Source: an uncultured bacterium (GTDB taxonomy: Bacteria; Fidelibacterota; Marinisomatia; Marinisomatales; UBA1611). From it: a stretch of 64,000 nucleotides of DNA. The stretch spans positions 224,001-288,000 of the forward strand of contig CALSPG010000001.1 in the NCBI GenBank assembly GCA_943788175.1. The letters are read 5' to 3'. Under the pieces are notes generated by a model, which was not told the DNA's origin, ran no database searches, and was given only the letters and a program-made list of their open reading frames with translations. Every line of letters begins with the position of its first letter. Position 1 is the first letter of the stretch. Both the position numbers and the translations under genes were made by a program. Below are positions 1 to 11,110 of this stretch, one piece after another.

Positions 1-1170
1 TGGTGGCCTTTAAAAGATCATATAGCTGATGAACCGGATGAAGGAGCAACAATGACTTTTACCGTTCCTAGCGAACTTTACTGCGTAAGCAATGGTCGTT
101 TAATAGATATCTCTAGTAATGAAGATAAAACAAAAAAATCATTTACATGGGCTGTTAATAATCCAATAAATAATTATAATATTTCTGTTCAAATTGGTCA
201 TTATGTGTCACTTCAAGATACGATTCGTCATAATGGATTAGTTGATACTCTAAATTATTATGTTTTGGATTATCATAGAGAAGTTGCAACAAATCACTTT
301 AAACAATCAAAGAAAGTAATCCGATTTTTCGAGAAATATTTTAGTGAATTTCAATGGTGGGATGATGGTTATAAACTTGTTGAAGTTTCTTATCTTGGTA
401 TGGAACATCAATCTGCCGTAACCTATGGAAACAATTGGAATAACTGGGGCGGAGAGCGAGCATGGACTAGTAAGTATTATGGCATTGTGGATGGCCTTTT
501 GTTTCATGAGACTGCTCATGAATGGTGGGGTAATAGTGTCACTGCGATAGATCCTGCTCATATGTGGATTCATGAAGGAATGGCTGTTTATAGCGAGGCA
601 ATGTTTATTGAGGACCAGCTTGGCTATAATGTTATGATTGACTTTTTATTAGATAAACGTGAAGGTATACGTAATAGACGTCCAATCGTAGGGCCATCGC
701 ATCAAAATTACTGGGCGTTTGGTGATAGCTATAATAAAGGCGCTTGGGTTCTGCATACGCTTCGTAATATTATAAACAATGATGATCAATGGTTTTCAAT
801 ATTAAAAGAATTTTCAATTGAGAATGCAAAAAGCCACGTTTCAACTCAAGACTTTTTAAATCATATAATTAAAGTTACAAAAAAAGATTTTCAATCAATA
901 TTTAATCAATACTTTTATGACCATAGACCGCCAACCTTTGAATATTATCAATTGGGTAACAAATATTATTACCGATGGTCGAATGTTATCTCAGGTTTTA
1001 CAATGCCTTTAGACATAGATGTTAATGGTTCTGAAATGAGGTTGTTTCCTACAGAATTATTGCAATCAATAGATATAGCAAAGCATTCAGTTATATATGC
1101 TAGAGATTGGGAATCTTATGTAGTCCTTAAAGAGGACTCTAGTATTATTAAAAAACTTAATGGAGAATAG
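1..1170 (+). CDS. M1 family zinc aminopeptidase, 5' end outside the window
   Basis: GMEH exopeptidase motif, HETAHEWWG (HEXXH) with downstream E (WIHEG) and YNKGA motif; frame is open from base 1 (WWPLKDH...). Confidence 0.9.
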   Translation, partial: WWPLKDHIADEPDEGATMTFTVPSELYCVSNGRLIDISSNEDKTKKSFTWAVNNPINNYNISVQIGHYVSLQDTIRHNGLVDTLNYYVLDYHREVATNHFKQSKKVIRFFEKYFSEFQWWDDGYKLVEVSYLGMEHQSAVTYGNNWNNWGGERAWTSKYYGIVDGLLFHETAHEWWGNSVTAIDPAHMWIHEGMAVYSEAMFIEDQLGYNVMIDFLLDKREGIRNRRPIVGPSHQNYWAFGDSYNKGAWVLHTLRNIINNDDQWFSILKEFSIENAKSHVSTQDFLNHIIKVTKKDFQSIFNQYFYDHRPPTFEYYQLGNKYYYRWSNVISGFTMPLDIDVNGSEMRLFPTELLQSIDIAKHSVIYARDWESYVVLKEDSSIIKKLNGE

Positions 1171-1278
1171 TTGATTACAATGGCATTATCAGATCTGTAT
1201 GTTATTTTTATTGTATCAATTGTTTTAGCGATAAAAGTAAGTATATTTTATTTAGTTAAATCAAAAAACGATAAATAG
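1171..1278 (+). CDS. putative small single-pass membrane protein (32-35 aa)
   Basis: TTG 1171 or ATG 1180 to TAG 1278; MALSDLYVIFIVSIVLAIKVSIFYLVKSKNDK; GGAG at 1162-1165; fills the gap between convergent genes. Confidence 0.4.
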   Translation: MITMALSDLYVIFIVSIVLAIKVSIFYLVKSKNDK

Positions 1279-1282
1279 TAAC

Positions 1283-2155
1283 TCACTTAGTGGCTCTGAT
1301 GACAACATAACCAAATGGGCTTTGTTCTTTTTTATTTGCAGAATACTGGAGACATTTACAAAGCATATCTAAAAATAATTTAGGATATAAATTAAGTAAA
1401 TGTTTCTCATTAGCTCGAATCAAGTCTATCCATTTAGGAAGCACGGAAGATACATTAATAGTTATGTCTTCACATGTAATATCTCTAAATCCAGTTCTAT
1501 TCAAAGTTTTCCCCCACTTTTTAATAGTATAAAACTCTTTTGTTGCTAAACCGTGTTTTGCTATTGATACTTTATAAAAATCGAAAAAGCTTAATAATTC
1601 CGGTTTGATAATGATATCAGCAATAGCTATTTGACCATTGCTTTCTAAAGCATCGTAAGCACTCGATGCAAATAGTTGTTTATTTTCAAAATGAAATGCG
1701 GATTCGATAGCATAAATGTTTTTAAATTTTCTATCTAAACTTGAAATATTTTGTGCATCACAAAGGGAAAAACTTGCCTTATTATTAAGGTTTTTTGTTT
1801 TTGCAAGATTTCTTGCTTTAATAATTTGCGACTCAACAATATTTATTCCAGTAATAGAAATATTATTATTTAATTTTGCTAGGTAGCAAGCAGGAGCACC
1901 AGTTCCACATCCCACATCAAGCCAATGACCACTTTTTATAAACGTTTTTGTTACAATGTCGACCATGTTTTCCTGTGTTTTAACTACAGAATCAGGTAAA
2001 GAGTTTGTTGTGAAATGATAGCCTAAGTTCAAGAACATATTGTTATCACTCATTGCATGAAAAAGAGGCTCAAGAAGGTGGTAGTACGTTTTAATTTTTT
2101 TGTTTGAGCTTGCTCTAAAAACAAAATTGTAAAGTAGGTCTTTTTTAGTAATCAT
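1283..2155 (-). CDS. class I SAM-dependent methyltransferase (sterol/tocopherol MT-like)
   Basis: FLNLGY, WLDVGCGTG motif I, AIESAFHF post-II motif. Confidence 0.85.
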   Translation of the reverse strand: MITKKDLLYNFVFRASSNKKIKTYYHLLEPLFHAMSDNNMFLNLGYHFTTNSLPDSVVKTQENMVDIVTKTFIKSGHWLDVGCGTGAPACYLAKLNNNISITGINIVESQIIKARNLAKTKNLNNKASFSLCDAQNISSLDRKFKNIYAIESAFHFENKQLFASSAYDALESNGQIAIADIIIKPELLSFFDFYKVSIAKHGLATKEFYTIKKWGKTLNRTGFRDITCEDITINVSSVLPKWIDLIRANEKHLLNLYPKLFLDMLCKCLQYSANKKEQSPFGYVVIRATK

Positions 2156-2186
2156 ATCTTTAAAATACTTGATAAATAGTTAGTGT

Positions 2187-3050
2187 TCATAATATAAAAG
2201 CTGCAGATAAAAACACTGTAAAGAGAATGCCTATATAACCTGCGAAATATAATTTTCTCTCAAAACAAGGCCTAGCTGCTATAACAGGTAGACAAATAAA
2301 CAATAGTCCTGGTGCAAAAGTCACATAAAATGGATGTGATTCTGATATCATATGTTTTGAAGATAATAATTTGAAAAATACTAAAATAATGGTTGTGTTA
2401 AAAAACCATCCTATAAAATTTTGAATTGGTACACCATAATAATTCCCAGGCTTATCCCATCTCCACCTACCTTCACTGACAGCTATTGGATCTAATATTA
2501 AATCTAAAATTGTAATAAATATAGATGTCATAATTATAACTTCTAATGAAATGATGCTATTAAATCCCATGTCGAGTATTAGAAAAGAGCAATTTAATGA
2601 CATATATATTAGGCCTGACCATGCAATGGCTATAAGCAAAGGTACATTGCCAAGCATAGGTCCAGGGCACAGAGATGGTTCGTAGGAGTATTTACCAAAA
2701 ACATAGCCTTTGTTTGCACCGATTATTTCTAAAAAAAGGCTGGTAGTAAAGCTGATTATGAAAAAGATAACAGTGTTTAAAACACCAAAAAATAATACAC
2801 TATGAAAAACAAAAAAACTGAAGCCTAGAATGACTTGAATCATCCTTATATTTTCTGCTTTTTTATAATTGGATTCGCTTTCGAGCTTGTCCCCAAAGTA
2901 AAGTAAAGATTTTATACCAACACTGTAAATTCTGTAAAGGAACAATATGGATAAGCATAGAGCAAAAAAAAATATTGTGAAATAATTGACCAATTGAATA
3001 TTATGACTTTTTATAGTTAGTACTTGATTAATGAAAGTAATGATTATCAA
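2187..3050 (-). CDS. CruF/DUF422-type carotenoid biosynthesis membrane protein (1,2-hydratase-like)
   Basis: Multi-TM; LEIIG...VFGKYSY, VPLLIAIAW, LDLILDPIAV..GRWRW, YYGVPIQNFIGW motifs typical of CruF/DUF422. Confidence 0.8.
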   Translation of the reverse strand: MIIITFINQVLTIKSHNIQLVNYFTIFFFALCLSILFLYRIYSVGIKSLLYFGDKLESESNYKKAENIRMIQVILGFSFFVFHSVLFFGVLNTVIFFIISFTTSLFLEIIGANKGYVFGKYSYEPSLCPGPMLGNVPLLIAIAWSGLIYMSLNCSFLILDMGFNSIISLEVIIMTSIFITILDLILDPIAVSEGRWRWDKPGNYYGVPIQNFIGWFFNTTIILVFFKLLSSKHMISESHPFYVTFAPGLLFICLPVIAARPCFERKLYFAGYIGILFTVFLSAAFIL

Positions 3051-3194
3051 AATTTATTTATAATATTTATTTATCTTTTGATAAATTATTCGATTATTTA
3101 TTCAGGGAAATAATATAGATTCTTGATATCAAGGCAGTTAAAAATATAATGTATTTAGCTGCGTTTTTCATTCTTACTCAAAAAGGAAAAAGCT

Positions 3195-3593
3195 CTGAAA
3201 AATTCAGCAATTAGTAAAATTTTATCTATGAAAATAATAGCTGTTGTTGGTATGAGCCCAAACCCTGAAAGACCAAGTCATTTTGTTTCAAAATATATGA
3301 TCAATAATGGTTTTAAAATAATTCCAGTAAACCCTGGGCAAAAAGAAATTTTAGGCCTTAGATGCTACCCGGCATTAAAAGATATAAAATACGAAGTTGA
3401 TATTGTAAACGTTTTTAGAAATTCAGATTATGCTACGCCTATCATTCAAGAAGCTATTTCTATCAAAGCGAAAGCGATTTGGCTCCAAGATGGCATTGTT
3501 TCAAGTGAAGGTAAGCAGATGGCTAAAGATAATAACATAACTTATATTGAAAATGATTGCATTTTAAGAAGACATAAGAGATTGTATGAATAA
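3195..3593 (+). CDS. CoA-binding protein (YccU-like); start either CTG 3195 or ATG 3228
   Basis: IAVVGMSPNPERPS, IIPVNP, DIVNVFR, IWLQDG, ENDCI motifs; AAGGA 7 nt before the in-frame CTG. Confidence 0.9.
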   Translation: MKNSAISKILSMKIIAVVGMSPNPERPSHFVSKYMINNGFKIIPVNPGQKEILGLRCYPALKDIKYEVDIVNVFRNSDYATPIIQEAISIKAKAIWLQDGIVSSEGKQMAKDNNITYIENDCILRRHKRLYE

Positions 3594-4335
3594 TATTTTT
3601 TTAAAGGTTCTAGTTATAGTTTTTTGTTTAGCATGTTTTCCTTTTGCTCAAAAAGGATCTAAGTTACCTGAAAGTGTATACTTGAACATATCTTTAGGGA
3701 TTTTGCAGCCACAAGGTGAGTTTGCAAGTAATGTTACTAATAATGGTTATGGTGTTGACTTTGATGGTGGCTGGTATATTTATAATGGCCCTGTTGGATT
3801 AGGCGTTAATATTATTGCAGCTCAATATGGTAATTTTACTCGCCAAATACCATATAGTTACTACTCTAGTTTGGTTACTTTAACCGAGACAACCGAATCA
3901 ACTATATTTATTGTTAATCCTTATGTTCAACCTACCTTACGAATGGGAGATTTTAGTTTTTACACTAAATTTTTTGCAGGTTATCAAGTTCTTGAAACAA
4001 AAACTAAGATACAGAATGATGCGCAAGAGAATAATGAGAATGAAGCTGATGAGCCTGATTATATAGCTCAATCTACGGTGGCGACTGATGGTGCTTTTAA
4101 TTACGGAGTTGGTCTTGGTATGAGATTTCCGATATTTAGAGGTGGTGAGAATGGACCGCTATTTATTTGTTTAGAAATGAAATGGTCAAAAGGAGGCGAG
4201 GCTGAATATCTAAATGCAGGTAAGGATGGAGCTATTGTATTTAGTGACGCTGCTGATGGACCGGTTACAACGACATTTAATCCTGACAAGTCAATGACGG
4301 ACCTTTTTAATATTTCAATAGGTATTGGGTTCTAA
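3586..4335 (+). CDS. outer membrane beta-barrel protein
   Basis: Signal peptide, alternating beta-strand pattern, C-terminal ISIGIGF. Confidence 0.65.
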   Translation: MNNIFLKVLVIVFCLACFPFAQKGSKLPESVYLNISLGILQPQGEFASNVTNNGYGVDFDGGWYIYNGPVGLGVNIIAAQYGNFTRQIPYSYYSSLVTLTETTESTIFIVNPYVQPTLRMGDFSFYTKFFAGYQVLETKTKIQNDAQENNENEADEPDYIAQSTVATDGAFNYGVGLGMRFPIFRGGENGPLFICLEMKWSKGGEAEYLNAGKDGAIVFSDAADGPVTTTFNPDKSMTDLFNISIGIGF

Positions 4336-4377
4336 TTTTTATAAAAACCCAAGATATAGTTTTTTGAATCAGATATT

Positions 4378-6742
4378 ATGTTAAAAGCAGTTATAATCAT
4401 TTTATTGATTGATGTTTCTTTTTGTCAAAGTAAATGGATTAAAACTTATGGTTCTGATGAGCTAGATGGAGCAAATCATGTGTTGCCATTAGAGGATGGT
4501 TTTCTTCTTACTGGTTTCACAAGTTCCTTTGGAAATGGTGGAAATGATCTTTGGGTTATAAGAACGGATAAAAACAGGGAAAAGGTTTGGGATAAATTCT
4601 ATGGTGGAATGCATTTAGAGACTGGCCACAAATCGATTAAAACCAAAGATGGTGGATTTATTATTTTAGGACAAACTTATTCTTATGGATCAGGCTCTGG
4701 AGATATTTGGGTTTTAAAAATTTCTGATAGTGGTACTATTCTTTGGGATAAGACGTACGGTAATGAAAACCTCGATATAGGCACCGATATATGTGTTTCT
4801 AATGATAGCGGATATATGATAGTGGGTACTACACATTCTAAGAAAACTAATAGCCTCGATGCATATGTGATAAAAATTGATTCAGTTGGAAATGTAATTT
4901 GGAATCAAGTCTATGGTGGATTATCAGCAGATGGTTTGAATTCTATTTCGAAATTAAATGATGAATATGGATATATGTTATTTGGTTACACTAAGTCCTA
5001 TATGCTTGACGAAAATAGAAAAAAGAAAAAAGGATTTTTTGGGCGAATATTATCTTCAGTTTTTAAAAAAGAAGCTTCTTCTGAATCATGGCTAATAAAT
5101 ATTGATGAATATGGAGATAGGAATTGGCACACTACCTATGGAGGAAAAAAAGAAGACATTGGAAAGCAAATTAACTCTTTTTCTGATGGCAGTTTCTTAC
5201 TCTTCAACGAGACTGAATCATTTGGTGCCGGTGGAAAAGACATTTGGTTAATAAAAATTGATAGGAATGGAAAAATAGTATGGGAGAACACCTTAGGAAG
5301 TAAAAAAGATGAGTATGCTGGATCAACAAAATTAATATCAGATAAAGAAATACTCATTAGCGGACAAAAGCCATTAAAAAATAAATTATCATTTAGATCT
5401 CTTTTTTCTTCAAAACCTAAAAAAAACAAGAATAAAAACGGTAATTTTATTTCCTTCATTACAAAACTGGACCAAGAGGGGAAAAATTATTTGGCAGAAA
5501 GATGATTTTGAAGATGAAAAAAATCGAGTTCCTTATATTTCAAATATCAAAAATAACATATTAATTGTTGGTCAAAAATCAACTAAGTATAATGGCAATG
5601 GTGATGCATGGGTAGCTTTATTGAAAGAAAATGGTGATAAAATATGGGAAAACAGTTTTGGTGGTAGAGGCGCTGATGGTGGTAATCATTCCATAGGTAC
5701 ATCTGATGGCGGATATATTTCTGTTGGATATACAAATGCTTATGGAAATGGTAAAAATGATGTTTGGATTATTAAAACAGATTTTACGGGAGAAAGAGAA
5801 TGGAGTCGCGTGTATGGTGGAAAGTTAGATGATTATGGTTGGGGTATAACAGAAAGTATTGATGGTGGCTATGTAATAGCAGGTGAAACCTTTTCATTCG
5901 GTAGAGGGCAAAGTGATATTTATCTATTAAAAATTGATTCAACTGGAAATATGGTATGGAATACAACATTTGGAGGCCTTGCAGAAGATGTCGCTTATGC
6001 GGTTGTTAATTCTGATGATGGTGGTTTTGTCGTTGCATCGCAAACAAAGTCATATGGTAAGGGCGGAAGCGATGGCATGATTGTTAAGTTCAATTCTGAT
6101 GGAATCAAGGAGTGGCATAGACTTTTTGGAGGAAAGGGATTAGACTATTTTAAGTCAATAACTATTGATTCTATAAAAGGATATGTTTTAGCAGGTGGAA
6201 CAAGGTCATTTGATAATGGGGATAGTCAAGGATGGTTATTATCTGTCAACCTAGACGGTTTTCCAAAGTGGGAAAAAACTTATGGTGATAAAGGCGAGGA
6301 TGCTTTTAATATGATAACTAGAACAAAGGATAACGGTTTTGTAGCGGTTGGATCTAGTGCATCATTTTTCAGTAAAGGAATGAAAGATGTTGTAATGATA
6401 AAACTTGATTCTTTAGGACAAAAATTATGGATGAACTTATATGGAGGTAAGAAAGACGATATAGCAACTGCTGTAAGTGAGTGCAAAGATGGAGGCTTTA
6501 TATTAACAGGTGAAACAACTAGCTATGGGAAAGGTAAAAGCGATATCTTTCTACTTAAAACGAACCAATTAGGAAGAGAAAAATGGAAAAAAACTGTTGG
6601 CGGTATTGGAGTAGACATTGGTAAATCTGTACAGGAATTATCTAAGGGCGGCTACATAATTTCGGGGACCTCGACTATATCAAATTTATCGTTTGATTCA
6701 ATTTTAATTAAAACGGATAAAAAAGGTAATGTCTCAAAATAA
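4378..6742 (+). CDS. secreted repeat beta-propeller protein (W-x-K-T-Y-G-G repeats), one frameshift near 5485
   Basis: About 50-aa repeats (GxxDxWxIKxDxxGxxxWxxxYGG) in both ORF halves; removing one A from GAAAAATTAT joins 4378.. to 5621.. through an open frame (IIWQKDDFED...AWVALLKE). Confidence 0.75.
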
Positions 6743-6838
6743 AAAATATAAAATAAATCATTTTAAATATTCATTTATCAAATCAATTATTACATTCTAC
6801 TCTATCATTAAACCAAAAAAGTATAAACAAATAAAAAT

Positions 6839-8749
6839 ATGAAAAATTATATCCTTATATTATTTTTACTGCTACTCTTTTCTTGCGGTGGAGATTCAAA
6901 AAAAGATTCTAATCTAAGCATTAGTAAAGAAACCATTTCCAACAAAGATTCTCAGACTAGTGCCGAAGATGGTGGTTATGGATTTGAAAAAATTTCAAAT
7001 AGTCTTGGATTTGGTACTTATGCGTGGAGTGAAAAAATTGATAAAACATTTTTTGGAGACCCGAAAGCTGTTAAAGGTGGAACTCTAAATTATATCCATT
7101 CATTGTTTCCAAGAACGATGAGAGTCCTTGGTCAAAATTCATCTCAAGTCCTTAACTCTAGAACTATTATGAGTTTATGTTATGAAGGTTTACTCGGTCA
7201 GCATCCTGCAACATTGGAGTTTACGCCTAGATTAGCCTCTCATTGGAAAATATCAAAAGACAAGACAACTTTTGAATTTAGAATAGACCCTGATGCAAGG
7301 TGGTGGGATGGAATGCCGGTAACTTCAGACGATGTAATCGCAACGTGGGATCTTAGGATGGATGAGACTATTCTTTCTCCGGCAGAACAAATAACATATG
7401 GAAAATTTGAGAGACCAATTGCCAAATCAAAATATATTGTTTCTGTAAAAGCGAAATCGGTTAATTGGAGAAATTTTTTATATTTTTCAACAATGGTTCT
7501 TCACCCAAATCATATATTAAAGAATCTCGACGGTACTGCTTTTTTAGAAGAGTATGCTTTCTCAGTTATTCCAGGAACAGGTCCCTACATTCTCAAGGAT
7601 AAAAATATTAAAAATCAAGAGTCCTATACTCTTGAAAGAAGAACTGATTATTGGAATGTGGACAGTCCATTTAATAAATATAAATATAACTTTGATAAGA
7701 TTAAAGTCTCCGTAGTTAAAGATAACGATGCGCTACAATTTGAAAAATTCAAAAAAGGAGAACAGGATATATATAATGTTCAGAGATCTAGGCGTTGGGT
7801 TGAAGAGACAGATTTTAAAGCCACAAAAAAAGGTTGGATTAAAAAGCAAAGAGTCTATTCTGAAAAACCTGCCGGCACTTCAGGCTATTATTTTAATATG
7901 CGCCAATGGCCATTTAATGATAAAAGAATAAGATATGCTTTTTGTTATTTGTATGATCGCCAAAAAATGAATAAAGAGATGTATTACAATGAATATGGTA
8001 TGATGAATTCACTTTATTCGGGATCTGTTTACGAAAACAAGGATAATAATCCCTTCGAGTATAATCCAGGAGAGGCAAAAAGACTTTTAAGAGAAGCTGG
8101 ATACATAAAAAGAAATTCTAACGGTTGGCTTGTTCATTCTGAAACAGGAAAAATATTATCTTTTGAGATTGTAATTCAAAAAACTAGTGCATACATGGTA
8201 ACTCCTGTTCAACAAATGCTTAAAGAATATGGAATAGATATGCAAATTAAGTTTATGGATTATAATACTATGATAAAAAACGTGAATGCCAGAAACTTTA
8301 ATGTTTGTCTCCTAGCATATTCTGGCCTTATTTATCCTAACCCAGAAGGGAGTTTAAGATCTACATTGGCCGACCAAAATGACAATAATAATGTTTGGGG
8401 TTTTAAGAGCGATAGAGTTGATAAGCTTTTAGATGAATATGATATATGCTTTGATCAAAAGAGGAGAGTAGAAATTATTAGAGAAGTTGACGGAATCTTC
8501 AGTGATGTTCATCCTATTGCATTTAGTATTTCAAGAAACTATTCAAGAATGATGTGGTGGGATAAGTTTGGCTATCCTGATTGGATGTTTTCACGGTATG
8601 TAGGTGAATATTGGGATGCTTTATACTACTGGTGGTACGAAGGCGATAAAGATACGGTATTGAAAGAATCTATAGAAAACGGAAAGTCATTACCGTTAAA
8701 ACCCATCGATATGAAATACTGGCCAGATTACTTAGCGAAAAATTCATAG
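6839..8749 (+). CDS. ABC transporter substrate-binding lipoprotein, family 5 (YejA/OppA-like)
   Basis: Lipobox LFSC; DPKAVKGG, LASHW, ARWWDGMPVTSDDV, GTGPY, PFNDKRIR motifs. Confidence 0.9.
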   Translation: MKNYILILFLLLLFSCGGDSKKDSNLSISKETISNKDSQTSAEDGGYGFEKISNSLGFGTYAWSEKIDKTFFGDPKAVKGGTLNYIHSLFPRTMRVLGQNSSQVLNSRTIMSLCYEGLLGQHPATLEFTPRLASHWKISKDKTTFEFRIDPDARWWDGMPVTSDDVIATWDLRMDETILSPAEQITYGKFERPIAKSKYIVSVKAKSVNWRNFLYFSTMVLHPNHILKNLDGTAFLEEYAFSVIPGTGPYILKDKNIKNQESYTLERRTDYWNVDSPFNKYKYNFDKIKVSVVKDNDALQFEKFKKGEQDIYNVQRSRRWVEETDFKATKKGWIKKQRVYSEKPAGTSGYYFNMRQWPFNDKRIRYAFCYLYDRQKMNKEMYYNEYGMMNSLYSGSVYENKDNNPFEYNPGEAKRLLREAGYIKRNSNGWLVHSETGKILSFEIVIQKTSAYMVTPVQQMLKEYGIDMQIKFMDYNTMIKNVNARNFNVCLLAYSGLIYPNPEGSLRSTLADQNDNNNVWGFKSDRVDKLLDEYDICFDQKRRVEIIREVDGIFSDVHPIAFSISRNYSRMMWWDKFGYPDWMFSRYVGEYWDALYYWWYEGDKDTVLKESIENGKSLPLKPIDMKYWPDYLAKNS

Positions 8750-8768
8750 GTTGATTATCGAATAGAAT

Positions 8769-10055
8769 ATGGTAAACTATTTTTTAAGAAGAATTCTTTT
8801 AATGATTCCTACATTCTTGGGTTCAACTATTTTAGTCTTTACCATCCTGCAAATGGCACCAGGTGGCCCAATAGAACAGATGATGTTAGAACTCCAAATG
8901 GGCGGTAGTGTTGTTGGTGAAGGAGGAGGAGGAGCATCCTCAAGCGCTATAGGCGGTGTATCATTACCTCCTAAAGCTTTGAAAGAGCTTGAGCGGTTCT
9001 ACGGATTCGACAAGCCAATTTATCAAAGATATCTAAGTTGGTTGGGTGTTTGGCCGAGAGAAATTAAGCATAGGGATTTTTCAATACCTAAAGATATAAG
9101 CTCTGTTGAAAAGAGAGTTGGTAAAGTGGATGGTGTTATTTGGAAAGTTGATGTATCTATTTCTAATGAAAATGATCTTATTGTTTATGAAAAAAGTGGT
9201 GAGAAAAGTAATAATTGGTTCTCGAAAGTTGAAAACATAAACGAAGATGGATCATTAGATGCTGTTGTTTTTCAGCAAGAATATTCTGGTATCTTAACAG
9301 GAAACCTTGGCAAATCTTATACTTATCTAAAGCCTGTTACTGAAGTTATGAAACCCCGTTTTAAGATATCTTTATTTTTTGGTTTAACAGGCATATTTCT
9401 TTCATATTTAATTTGTATACCTCTAGGAATCAAGAAAGCATTAAATCACGGCTCTGTATTTGACTTCGGTTCAAGTGTTTTAATTTTTATGGCTTATTCC
9501 ATTCCAGGTTGGGCATTGGGTGGTGTCCTATTAGTTTTGTTTGGAGGCGGTAGTTTCTTTGATGTTTTTCCTTTAGGTGGTTTTAGGAGCCCCTCTGAAG
9601 TCTGGGATACTTTATCGCCGATACAAAAAGTTTTTAATCAAGTACATCACATGATTTTACCAATTATTGCGTGGTCTATTGGTAGCTTTGCAACCTTAAC
9701 AGTTCTAATGAAAAATAGTCTTCTTGAAAATTTAAGTCAAGATTATGTTCGGACTGCTTTTGCAAAGGGTTTAAAAGAAAACCGTGTTATCTGGTACCAC
9801 GCTATGCGCAATAGCCTAATTCCTATTGCCTCTGGAATAGGACATCTTTTAGGTGTAGTTATTGCAGGATCTTATTTTATTGAACGTATGTTTAACATCG
9901 ATGGGTTTGGAAGAATGGCATATGAAGCTATCTTATCAAGGGACTATCCTGTCACATTAGGTTTCTTAGTCATAGTTGTTCTAATTAGACTTTTAGGAAA
10001 CATAATTTCTGATCTTGTACTAGCAATCGTTGACCCTAGGATACGTTTCAAGTAA
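8769..10055 (+). CDS. peptide ABC transporter permease (YejB/OppB-like)
   Basis: YFLRRILLMIPT, DYVRTAFAKGL (EAA loop), DPRIRF. Confidence 0.9.
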   Translation: MVNYFLRRILLMIPTFLGSTILVFTILQMAPGGPIEQMMLELQMGGSVVGEGGGGASSSAIGGVSLPPKALKELERFYGFDKPIYQRYLSWLGVWPREIKHRDFSIPKDISSVEKRVGKVDGVIWKVDVSISNENDLIVYEKSGEKSNNWFSKVENINEDGSLDAVVFQQEYSGILTGNLGKSYTYLKPVTEVMKPRFKISLFFGLTGIFLSYLICIPLGIKKALNHGSVFDFGSSVLIFMAYSIPGWALGGVLLVLFGGGSFFDVFPLGGFRSPSEVWDTLSPIQKVFNQVHHMILPIIAWSIGSFATLTVLMKNSLLENLSQDYVRTAFAKGLKENRVIWYHAMRNSLIPIASGIGHLLGVVIAGSYFIERMFNIDGFGRMAYEAILSRDYPVTLGFLVIVVLIRLLGNIISDLVLAIVDPRIRFK

Positions 10056-10060
10056 GGCTT

Positions 10061-11110
10061 GTGAGTAAAATGAAAAATACTTCCATTCTAAGTAGAAGGT
10101 GGCAAAAGTTTAAGACCTTAAAGCGTGGTTATTATGCTCTGGTAATTTTATTATCGTTATATATCCTTTCTTTCTTTTTGCCTCTATTAATTAATAATAA
10201 AGCATTAATCGTTAAATATAACGGGAACTATTATTTTCCTATTATTACGGGGTTTGTTAGTGGGGAGGTGTTCGGTCAAGACGTTCCTGGTGAAGCTAGG
10301 TATAGGAAACTAAAAAGTTCTTTTAAAGAGGATTTAAACAGCAGTAACTGGGTTTTATTACCACCCTATCCTTACTCACCTTATGAAGATATAACCTATG
10401 AGGGAAATAAGATGTATCAATCACCATCTTCTCTACATTGGTTAGGTACAGATAATACAGGGAGAGATGTTTTTGCTCGCCTTTGTTATGCCTTTAATAT
10501 ATCAATATCATTTGCGTTGATACTTACAATCATCAATTATATCGTTGGTATTTTAATTGGCGGAGCGATGGGGTATTATGGCGGCAAATTTGATTTAATT
10601 TTCCAAAGGTTAATCGAAGTTTGGTCTAGTTTACCAATGCTTTTTGTAATAATTATTATATCTTCAATTTTGAAACCATCATTTTTCCTTTTAATTGGTA
10701 TCTATACATTGGTCAATTGGATAAGTATGACTTATTTGATTAGGGCAGAATTTTACAGAGAGAAAGCTAAGCCATATGTTGCTGCTGCTTTAAGCATGGG
10801 ACAATCAAATTTTAAAATTATGTTTAAACATATTTTAGCTAACTCTCTTGTACCTATTATTACCTATTTCCCATTTTCAGTTGTTGCTGGAATATCAGCA
10901 CTTGTTGGCTTAGATTATTTAGGCTTTGGCTTAGCGCCTCCAACTCCATCCTGGGGTCAAATGCTAGATGTGGGTTTATCAAATATTTCAAAATGGTGGA
11001 TGGTATTTTCACCAGTTTCAGCTCAGTTTTTCACACTTTTAGCTATTGTTTTTATTGGCGAAGGCGTTCGAGAGGCTTTTGACCCAAAAGTATATTCAAG
11101 GTTAAGATGA
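10061..11110 (+). CDS. peptide ABC transporter permease (YejE/OppC-like)
   Basis: HWLGTDNTGRD, PPTPSWG, GEGVREAFDP. Confidence 0.9.
   Translation: MSKMKNTSILSRRWQKFKTLKRGYYALVILLSLYILSFFLPLLINNKALIVKYNGNYYFPIITGFVSGEVFGQDVPGEARYRKLKSSFKEDLNSSNWVLLPPYPYSPYEDITYEGNKMYQSPSSLHWLGTDNTGRDVFARLCYAFNISISFALILTIINYIVGILIGGAMGYYGGKFDLIFQRLIEVWSSLPMLFVIIIISSILKPSFFLLIGIYTLVNWISMTYLIRAEFYREKAKPYVAAALSMGQSNFKIMFKHILANSLVPIITYFPFSVVAGISALVGLDYLGFGLAPPTPSWGQMLDVGLSNISKWWMVFSPVSAQFFTLLAIVFIGEGVREAFDPKVYSRLR

Noticed and set aside
4378-6742. CRISPR-like or tandem DNA repeats
   Set aside because: The periodicity is protein-level (propeller blades) with divergent DNA; no identical repeat-spacer pattern.
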